From contig OZ024741.1 in assembly GCA_964016885.1 (NCBI GenBank), positions 258,788,001 through 258,852,000 on the forward strand: a stretch of 64,000 nt of DNA, read 5' to 3'. The stretch is from Eledone cirrhosa (taxonomy: Eukaryota). Below the pieces are notes generated by a model. That model saw only the letters and a list, made by a program, of their open reading frames with translations, made no database searches and had not been told where the DNA came from. Positions 47,501-57,339 of this stretch are shown here, piece by piece. The stretch's first letter is position 1, and every line of letters begins with the position of its first letter. A program made the translations under genes and the position numbers.

Positions 47501-49533
47501 TAGCACAGATTTAGCTCAGATTTTGCTTGCATGGATTTCTCTTTTGATTTGTCTTAGAATTAGCTTAGATTTACCTTAAATTTAGGTTTGATTTACCTTA
47601 GATCTATCTCAGATTTAGCTCAAAATTTACTTAGATTTAACTTACATTTAGCTCAAATTTAGCTTAGATTTATCTCAGATAGCGCTCACATTTATTTTAG
47701 ATTTACGCTTTGATTTTGCTTAGATTTAGCTTAGATTTAACTTAGATTTTAGCTCAGATTAGGCTTAGATTTACCTTAGATTAACCTTAGATTTTCATGA
47801 GATTTAGTTTAGATTTAGCCCAGATTTAACTCTGATTTGCCTCACGTTTTTCTCAGATTTGGCTCAGATTTTGGCACAGATTTGACTCAGATTTAGCTGA
47901 TTTAGTTAAGATTTAGCTCAGAGTTAGCTTCGATTTACTCAGATTTGGCTCATGATTTGGTTAAGATATAGATCAGGTTCATCTCAGTTTTAGCTTAGAT
48001 TTAGCTCAGATATTGTTCAGATTTAGCGAAGATTTGGCTCAGATTTACCTTACATTTAGCATAGATTTTGCTTAGATTTAGCTTAGATTAACTTAGATGT
48101 ACATCAGATTTACCTCAGATTTACGTTACATGTAGCCTATATTTAGCTAATGTTTTAGACCTAGATTTAGCTTAGATTGACCTTAGATTTAGCTCAGATT
48201 TAGCTTAGAATTAGCTTAGATTTATCTCAGATTTGGCTTAAATTTAGCTCAGAATTACCTCCTATTTAGCACAGATTTGATGCAGATTCGGCTCAGATTT
48301 AGCATACATTTAGCTTAGATATAGCTTAGCTTTTGCTTAGATTTAGCCTAGAATTAGCTGAGATGGCTCTTAGCTTCGATTTGATTTAGCTTACATTTAG
48401 CTTAAATTTAGCTCAGATTTTTACCTTACATTTTAGCTTATATATGATTTGATTTATCTTAAATTTACATTAGATTTTGCTTAGATTTACCTTAGATTTA
48501 GATCAGATTAGGCTTAGATTTACCTTAGATTATTCTTAGATTTTGCTTAAATTTAGCTTAGATTTAACTCAGATTTAACTCAGATTTGGCACAGATTTTG
48601 GCTCAGATTTAGCTGAGTTTAACTTAGATTTAGCTTAGATTTAGCTTAGATTTTAGCTTAGATTTAGCTTAGATTTAGCTTAGATTTATCTTAGATTTAG
48701 CTCAGATGTAGCTTAGATTAAAACGTAGATATTGCTTAGATTTAGCTTAGAATTTGCTTAGATATAGGTGAGATTTAGCTTAGATTTTAGTTTTAAATTT
48801 AGCTTAGACTTAGCTCAGATTTGACGCAGATTGTATCTCACATTTGGGTCAGATTTAGCTTAAAATTTAGCCCAGATTTAACCTCAGATCTAGCACAGAT
48901 TTAGCGCGGGATTTTACCATAGATTTAGTATAGATTTCCCCTAAATTTATCTTAGAATTAGTTTAGATTTACCTTAGATTCAGCTTAGATTTACTTTACA
49001 TTTTACCTAACATTTAGCTTATAATTATTTTAGATTTAGCTTATATATACCTTAGTTTTAGTTTAGATTTTACCTTATATTTAGCTTAGATTTAGCTTAC
49101 TTTTACCTCAGATTTAGGGTTAGATTTAAGGTAGATTTAGCACAGATTCAACGCTGATTTATCTCAGATTTGGGTCAGATTTTAACTCAGATTTAGCTTA
49201 GATTTAGGTTATATTTAGCTAGATTTAGAAACGTTTTACCTTAGAATTACCTTTACATTTTAATTAGATTTATGTTAGATTTAGATCAGATATAGTTTAG
49301 ATTTAACTCAGAATTATCTCAGATTTAGCTCAGATTTTGGCACAGATTTGGTTCACATTTGGCTCAGTTTTAACTTAGATTTAACATCAATTTAGCTTCG
49401 ATTTTGCTTAGATTTAGCCTAGAACTAGCTTAGATTTCTGCGAGCTTCAGCTTTCATTTAGCTTAGGTTTACCTTAAATTTAGCACAGATTTAGCACAGA
49501 TTTAGCTCAGATTTAGCTTAGATTTAGCGTAGA
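44533..49533. repeat. Satellite B, left part: degenerate 11-bp tandem repeat (AGATTTAGCTT)n
   Basis: The 11-bp period is visible from 44533 (agatttagctt agatttagcta agatttagctt). Recurrent variants include AGATTTAGCTC, AGATTTACCTT, AGATTTAACTC and AGATTTAGGTT. This part has many 1-bp indels. Confidence 0.96.
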
Positions 49534-49545
49534 CTAGCAGTAAAG

Positions 49546-49561
49546 CCCGGCGTTTCTCGGG
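49546..49561 (-). other. Helitron 3' subterminal hairpin (putative rolling-circle termination signal)
   Basis: The + strand reads CCCGGCGTTTCTCGGG, a CCCG/CGGG stem with an imperfect inner part. It lies 8 nt from the terminal CTAG at 49534-49537. Confidence 0.75.
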
Positions 49562-49838
49562 ATCGCTCAGTAGCCGTGTTAAAGTTACAATGTTAAGTTT
49601 CTTTTTTGGCTTAAAAACTGTAGTGTCTACTGTGCAGAATTGCATGTCGTGTTTTTGATTAATATTCCCTCAACCAACAATATGCCTTATGAAGTTAAGA
49701 AAACATAACGATAACCCGAATGTTATAACAAAAGAGGATGCTGGGGATAAAAACTGCACTGGTTATTTATTAACAAAGATCGAAAATGTAAACACTGCAA
49801 CGCAGAGAAAAACATTAGCGTAACCAAATTATCAGTTA

Positions 49839-50021
49839 TGTCTGTCTGCACGCCTATATCACCTCTCTGCACGACTGTCTGTCTGCACGCCTATATCACC
49901 TCTCTGCACGACTGTCTGTCTGCACGCGTATATCACCTCTCTGCACGACTGTCTGTCTTGCACGCGTATATTACCTCTCTGCACGACTGTCTGTCTGCAC
50001 GACTGTCTGTCTGCACGCCTA
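49839..50021. repeat. Helitron-internal 37-bp minisatellite (TGTCTGTCTGCACGCCTATATCACCTCTCTGCACGAC), 4 full copies plus 2 partial
   Basis: Copies start at 49839, 49876, 49913 and 49950 (the last has a 1-bp insertion). Truncated units follow at 49988 and 50004. Confidence 0.93.
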
Positions 50022-50325
50022 ACGAAATTTACAGATACATATATTTTAAATAAACTTATATAATTTTTGCTTTTTTATACGAAATATTTGCTTGTTTTAC
50101 GTAGTCTTTAAATAGACTTGTTTTCAAGTAAAAATATTGTTTTAAAAAGGCTTTTAAATGGAAATGAAGCAAAACGGAAGCTTAGTGTTCGAACTGATGA
50201 ATTTTGCAGGTCAAAATTTTGCTGGCTCGACAACTGTTCGTGTATTGAGTTAATGTCATTTTAAACGCTGAGAAAGCCAGCGTAATTTTTTTAATTTTTG
50301 CACTCAGACGCTCAATGTAAACAGA

Positions 50326-50765
50326 ACAAAGGGAAATAACTCGTCACTTACGCTCAAAAATCGATACATTAGATTGGATTTCGTCACATAGGGTGGGTCA
50401 ATTTGAAATATTTTTTTCCGATGTCTTCGCTATGGCTCAATGTACAAGTATAGCAATTTCGGTGCAATTCCGTCAGAGATTCTAAGAGGAGATTTGTGCC
50501 AAAAATCGATAGACAGACAGACAACCACAGCTTTATATATATAGAACAAAGGGAAATAACTCGTCACTTAAGCTCAAAAATCGATACATTAGATTCGATT
50601 TCGTCACATAGGGTGGGTCAATTGGAAATATTTTTTTCCGATGTCTTCGCTAGGGCTCAATGTACAAGTATAGCAATTTCGGTGCAATTCCGTCAGGGAT
50701 TCTAAGAGGAGATGTGTACTAAAAATCGATAGACAGACAGACAACCACAGCTTTATATATATAGA
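50326..50765. repeat. 220-bp direct tandem duplication of the Helitron 5'-terminal segment
   Basis: 50326-50545 matches 50546-50765 (GGGAAATAAC at 50331 and 50551). I count about 8 substitutions and no indels. Both copies end in (GACA)n-ACCACAGCTTTATATATATAGA. Confidence 0.95.
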
Positions 50766-53700
50766 TTTACCTTACATTCAGCTTCTATTTAAATTAGATT
50801 TAGCTTAGATTTAGCTTATATTTAGCTAATGTTTTAGATTAGATTTAGCTTAAATTGACCTTAGATTTAGCTCAGATTTAGCTTAGAATAAGCTTAGATT
50901 TAACTTTGATTTATCTCAGATTTGGCATAAATTTAGCTCAGAATTAGCTGAGATTGCTCTTAGCGTCGGTTTGATTTAGCTTAGATTTACCTCATATTTA
51001 CCTTAGATTTAGGTTAGATTTAGCTTAGATTTGGTTCAGATTTAGCTTAGATTTAGCTCAGTTTTAGCTGAAATTTACTGCAGATTTAGCTTAAATTTAC
51101 CTTAGATTTAGCTTAGATTTTTCACAGATTTAACTCAGATTTAGCTCAGATTTGGCTCAGATTTTGCTTAGATTTAGCTTAGATTTAGCTTAGATTTAGC
51201 GTAGATATAGCTTAGATTTCGCGTAGATATAGCTTAGATTTACTTTAGATTCATCTTAGATTTATATTAGATTTACCTTAGAATTACCTTACATCTTGCT
51301 TAGACTTAGGTTAGATTTAGATCAGATTTAGCTTAGATTTAGCTCAGAAGTATCTCACATTTAGCTCAGGTTCGTCGCAGATTTGGCTCAGATTTAGCTT
51401 AGAATTGACTTCGATTTAGCTTTGATTTCTCTTAGATTTAGCCAAGAACTAGCTTAGATTTCTGCTAGCTTCATCTTTGATTTAGCTTAAATTTTGCACA
51501 GATTTAGCTCTGATTTGGCTTACACTTAGTTTAGATTTACCCAAGATTTAGGTTAGATTTAGCTCAGATTTATCTTAGATTTAGCTTAGAATTTCCTTAC
51601 ATTAAGCCTATATTTAGCTTAGATTTAGCTTAGATTTAGCTAAGATTTAGCTTAGATTTAACTCAGATTTACCTCAGATTTAGCTTAGATTCACCTAACA
51701 TTTAGCAAATATTTAGCTTAGTTTTATCCCAGATTTAGCACATATTTTGCTCAAATTTCGCTTAGATTTTGATTAGATTTACCTTAGATTCATATTCGAT
51801 TTAGCCTACAATTTAGCTTAGATTTACCTTTAATTTAGCTTAAATTTAGCTTAGATTTAGGTTAGATTTAGCTAAGATATAGCTTAGATTTCACTTAGAT
51901 TTAGCTTAGATTTAGCTTAGATTACCGTAGATTTAGCTTAGATTTAGCTTAGATTTAGCTTAAATTAAGCTCAGATTTACTTTAGATTTAGGTTAGATTT
52001 ACCTAAGATTTAGGTCAGATTTAGCCCAGATTCAATGCAGATTTATCTCAGATGTGGCTCAGATTTAGCTCAGGTTTAGCTCGGAATTAACTCAGATTTT
52101 GCTTAGATTTAGCTTACATTTAGCTTATATTTAGATTAGATTTATCTTAGATTTACGTTAGATTTAGCTTAAATTTACCTTAGATTTACCTTAGATTTAG
52201 ACTAGATTTATCTTAGATTTAGCCTAGATTTAGCTTATATTCAGCTTTGATTTAGCTTAGATTTTGCTTAGATTTCGGTGAGATTAAGCTTAGATTTTGC
52301 TAAGATTTAGCTTAGATTTAGCTTAGATTTAGCTTAGATTTAGATTAAATTACTGTAGATTTAGATTAGATTTAGATTAGATTTAGTTTAGATTGAACTC
52401 ATATTTACCTTAGATTAAGCTTTGATTTAGCTTACATTAAGCTCAGATTTACCTTAGATTTAGCTCAGATTTAGCTTAGATTTATCTCAGATTCAATGCA
52501 GAATTATCTCAGATTTGGCACAGATTTAGCCCAGAGTTAGCTCGGATTTAACTCAGATTTACCTTAGATTTAGCGTAGATTTAGCTCAGATTTAGCTTAC
52601 ATTTATCTTATATTTAGATTAGATTTATCTTAGATTTACATTAGGTTTACTTAGATTTATATTAGATTTAGCCTAGATTTAGCTTAGATTTATCTTAGAT
52701 TTAGCATGGATTTAGCTTAGATTCAGCTTTGATTTAGTTTAGATTTAGGTGAGATTAAGCTTAGATTTAGCTAAGATTTAGCTTAGATTTTGCTTAGATT
52801 TAGATTATATTACCGTAGATTTAGTTTAGATTTTGTTTAGATTGCACTCAGATTTACCTTAGATTTAGTTTGATTTAGATTAGATTTGCCTCAGATTTAG
52901 CTCAGATTTAGCTCAGAATTAGCACAGATTTAGCTTAAATTTAGCTTATATTTAGTTCAGATTTAGCCTAGATTTAGCTTAGATTTAGATTAGATTTATA
53001 TTAGATTTACATTAGATTTAGCTCAGATTTAGCTTAGATATAATTAGATTTAGCGTAGATATTGCTTAGATTTAGCATAGATTTTGCTTAGATATAGGTG
53101 AGATTTAGCTTAGATTTAGCTAAGATTTAGCTTAGATTTAGCTCAGATTTAACTTAGATTTAGCTAAGATTCAACGCAGATTTATCACAGATTTGACTCA
53201 GATTTAGCTCGGATTTAGCTCGGATTTAGCTTAGATTTAGCTTAGATTTAGCTTAGATTTAGCTTAGATTTAGCTCAGATTTACCTTACATTTAGCTTAT
53301 ATTTAGATTTGATTTATCTTAGATTTACTTTTGATTTAGCTTAGATTTAACTTAGATTTACCTTAGATTTCTCTTAGATTTAACTTAGATTTAGATCAGA
53401 CTAGGCTTAGATTTACCTTAGATTAATCTTAGATTTTGATGAGATTTAGTTTAGATTTAGCCCAGATTTAACTCTGATTTGCCTCACGTTTTTCTCAGAT
53501 TTGGCTCAGATTTTGCACAGATTTGACTCAGATTTAGCTGAGATTTAGTTAAGATTTAGCTCAGAGTTAGCTTTGATTTACTCAGATTTGGCTCAGATTT
53601 GGTTAAGATATAGATCAGGTTCATCTCAGCTTTAGCTTAGATTTAGCTCAGATATTGTTCTGATTTAGCAAAGATTTGGCTCAGATTTACCTTACATTTA

Positions 53701-56618
53701 GCATAGATTTAGCTTAGATTTAGCTTAGATGTACATCAGATTTACCTCAGATTTACGTTACATGTAGCCTATATTTAGCTAATGTTTTAAATTAGATTTA
53801 GCTTAGATTGACCTTAGATTTAGCTCAGATTTAGCTTAGAATTAGCTTAGATTTATCTCAGATTTGGCTTAAATTTAGCTCAGAATTACCTCATATTTAG
53901 CACAGATTTGATGCAGATTCGGCTCAGATTTAGCATACATTTAGCTTAGATTTAGTTTAGCTTTTGCTTAGATTTAGCCTAGAATTAGCTGAGATGGCTC
54001 TTAGCATCGATTTGATTTAGCTTACATTTAGCTTAGATTTAGCTCAGATTTACCTTACATTTAGCTTATATATGATTTGATTTATCTTAAATTTAAATTA
54101 GATTTCGCTTAGATTTACCTAAGATTTAGATCAGATTAGACTTAGATTTACCTTAGATTAATCATAGATTTTGCTTAAATTTAGCTTAGATTTAACTCAG
54201 ATTTAACTCAGATTTGTTTCAGATTTGGCACAGATTTGGCTCATATTTAGCTGAGTTTAACTTAGATTTAGCTTAGATTTAGCTTAGATTTAGCTTAGAT
54301 TTAGCTTAGATTTAGCTTAGATTTAGCTCAGATGTAGCTTAGATTAAACGTAGATATTGCTTAGATTTAGCTTAGAATTTGCTTAGATATAGGTTAGATT
54401 TAGCTTAGATTTAACTAAGATTTAGCTTAGATTTAGCTTAAATTTAGCTTAGACTTAGCTCAGATTTGACACAGATTGTATCTCACATTTGGGTCAGATT
54501 TAGCTTAAATTTAGCCCAGATTTAACTCAGATTTAGCAAGTATTTAGCGCGGATTTTGCTTAGATTTACCATAGATTTAGTATAGATTTCCCCTAAATTT
54601 ATCTTAGAATTAGTTTAGATTTACCTTAGATTCAGCTTAGATTTACTTTACATTTACCTAACATTTAGTTTATAATTATTTTAGATTTAGCTTATATATA
54701 CCTTAGTTTTAGTTTAGATTTACCTTATATTTAGCTTAGATTTAGCTTACTTTTACTTCAGATTTAGGTTAGATTTAAGGTAGATTAAGTTCAGATTTAG
54801 CTTAGATTTAGCACAGATTCAACGCTGATTTTTCTCAGATTTGGGTCAGATTTAACTCAGATTTAGCTTAGATTTAGCTAGATTTAGAGACGTTTTACCT
54901 TAGAATTACCTTACATTTTACTTAGATTTATGTTAGATTTAGATCAGATATAGTTTAGATTTAACTCAGAACTATCTCACATTTAGCTCAGATTTGGCAC
55001 AGATTTACCTCAGATTTACGTTACATGTAGCCTATATTTAGCTAATGTTTTAGATTAGATTTAGTTTAGATTGACCTTAGATTTAGCTCAGATTTAGCAT
55101 ACATTTAGCTTAGATTTAGCTTAGCTTTTGCTTAGATTTAGCCTAGAATTAACTGAGATGGCTCTTAGCATCGATTTGATTTAGCTTACATTTAGCTTAG
55201 ATTTAGCTCAGATTTACCTTACATTTAGCTTATATATGATTTGATTTATCTTAAATTTACATTAGATTTCGCATAGATTTACCTTAGATTTAGATCAGAT
55301 TAGGCTTAGATTTACCTTAGATTAATCTTAGATTTTGCTTAAATTTAGCTTAGATTTAACACAGATTTAACTTAGATTTGTTTCAGATTTGGCACAGATT
55401 TGGCTCAGATTTAGCTGAGATTAACTTAGATTTAGCTTAGATTTAGCTTAGATTTAGCTTAGATGTAGCTTAGATTAAACGTAGATATTGCTTAGATTTA
55501 GCTTAGAATTTGCTTAGATATAGGTGAGATTTAGCTTATATTTAGCTAAGATTTAGCTTAGATTTAGTTTAAATTTAGCTTAGACTTAGCTCAGATTTGA
55601 CGCAGATTGTATCTCACATTTGGGTCAGATTTAGCTTGAATTTAGCCCAGATTTAACTCAGATCTAGCACAGATTTAGCGCGGATTTTGCTTAGATTTAC
55701 CATAGATTTAGTATAGATTTCCCCTAAATTTATCTTAGAATTAGTTTAGATTTCGCGTAGATATAGCTTAGATTTACTTTAGATTCATCTTAGATTTATA
55801 TTAGATTTACCTTAGAATTACCTTACATCTTGCTTAGACTTAGGTTAGATTTAGATCAGATTTAGCTTAGATTTAGCTCAGAAGTATCTCACATTTAGCT
55901 CAGGTTCGTCGCAGATTTGGCTCAGATTTAGCTTAGAATTGACTTCGATTTAGCTTTGATTTCTCTTAGATTTAGCCAAGAACTAGCTTAGATTTCTGCT
56001 AGCTTCATCTTTGATTTAGCTTAAATTTTGCACAGATTTAGCTCTGATTTGGCTCACACTTAGTTTAGATTTACCCAAGATTTAGGTTAGATTTAGCTCA
56101 GATTTATCTTAGATTTAGCTTAGAATTTCCTTACATTAAGCCTATATTTAGCTTAGATTTAGCTTAGATTTAGCTTAGATTTAGCTTAGATTTAACTCAG
56201 ATTTACCTCAGATTTAGCTTAGATTCACCTAACATTTAGCAAATATTTAGCTTAGTTTTATCCCAGATTTAGCACATATTTTGCTCAAATTTCGCTTACA
56301 TTTCGAATAGATTTACCTTAGATTCATATTCGATTTAGCCTACAATTTAGCTTAGATTTACCTTTAATTTAGCTTAAATTTAGCTTAGATTTAGGTTAGA
56401 TTTAGCTAAGATATAGCTTAGATTTCACTTAGATTTAGCTTAGATTTAACTTAGATTTAGCTTAGATTTAGCTTAAATCAAGCTCAGATTTACTTTAGAT
56501 TTAGGTTAGATTTACCTTACATTTAGGTCAGATTTAGCCCAGATTCAATGCAGATTTATCTCAGATGTGGCTCAGATTTAACTCAGGTTTAGCTCGGAAT
56601 TAGCTCGGAATTAACTCA
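50766..56618. repeat. Satellite B, right part: 11-bp tandem repeat (AGATTTAGCTT)n with kb-scale internal duplications
   Basis: The same monomer resumes in register immediately after the Helitron, with perfect runs such as ~54260-54325. It ends abruptly at ...GGAATTAACTCA (56618). Confidence 0.96.
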
Positions 56619-56619
56619 C

Positions 56620-56681
56620 TGGTTAGTGAATTTGGTGTATATAGTGTCATGGGACACTATATACACCAAATACACTAACCA
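56620..56681. repeat. Inverted repeat (foldback): 29-bp arms, 1 mismatch, 4-nt loop, formed by one inverted satellite C monomer
   Basis: TGGTTAGTGAATTTGGTGTATATAGTGTC (56620-56648), loop ATGG, then GACACTATATACACCAAATACACTAACCA (56653-56681). Confidence 0.93.
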
Positions 56682-57339
56682 TGTCCCATCATACTATGTA
56701 CACCTAGTACACTAACCATATCCCACCACATTATATACACCTAATACACTATGTCCCACAACACTATATACACGGAATACACTAACCATGTCCCACCACA
56801 CTATTTACACCAAATACACTAACCATGTCCCACCACACTATATACAACAAATGCACTAGCCATGTGCCACCACACTATATACACCAAATACACTAAACAT
56901 GTCCCGCCACACTATATACTCCTAGTACATTTAACGTGTCCCATCACACTATATACACCTAGTACACTAACCATGTACCACCACACTATATACACCTAGT
57001 ACACTAACCTTGTACCACCACACGATATACAGCTAGTACACTAACCTTGTACCACCACACGATATACACCTAGTACACTAATCATGTCCCACCACACTAG
57101 ATACACCTAGTAAACTACCCATGACGCACCACACTTTATACAACAAATACACTAACCATGTCCCACCACACTATATACACTTAGTACACTAACCATGTCC
57201 CATGTCACTATATACACCAAATAAACTAACCATGTCCCACGACACTATATACTTTTAATACACTAACCATGTCCCTTCACTCTATATACACCTAGTACAC
57301 TAACCATGTCCCACCACACTATACACACCAAATATACTA

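Larger units (their letters stand above)
49534..50765 (-). mobile_element. Non-autonomous Helitron (rolling-circle transposon), 1232 bp
   Basis: The minus strand reads A|TCTATATATATAAAGCTGTGGTTGTCTGTCTGTCT...CCCGAGAAACGCCGGG-CTTTACTG-CTAG|T. This gives a 5' TC, a GC-rich subterminal hairpin 8 nt before the 3' CTAG, insertion between A and T, and no TSD, all established Helitron hallmarks. Removing it restores ttagcgtaga|tttaccttac, which is intact at 46559-46578. There is no Rep/helicase ORF. Confidence 0.9.

Noticed and set aside
49838-50053. 71-aa ORF
   Set aside because: It is a translation of the Helitron-internal 37-bp minisatellite cycling through frames, with no recognisable domain.
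50496-50705. 69-aa ORF
   Set aside because: It has a non-ATG start, spans the junction of the 220-bp duplication, and shows no HUH/Rep or helicase motifs.
50326-50765. 220-bp direct repeats as LTRs of a TRIM or LTR element
   Set aside because: The copies are directly adjacent with no internal region, no TG...CA ends, no PBS or PPT and no TSD. They correspond to the Helitron 5' end.
44533-56618. Functional telomere tract
   Set aside because: It is highly degenerate, lacks G-runs, is interrupted by a transposon and is followed by another satellite.
56615-56681. Satellite B/C junction hairpin as a second Helitron 3' end or an intrinsic terminator
   Set aside because: The minus strand ends CCAG rather than CTRR, and the paralogous site is A|G rather than A|T. 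The stem is made of satellite monomer, and there is no upstream gene or U-tract.
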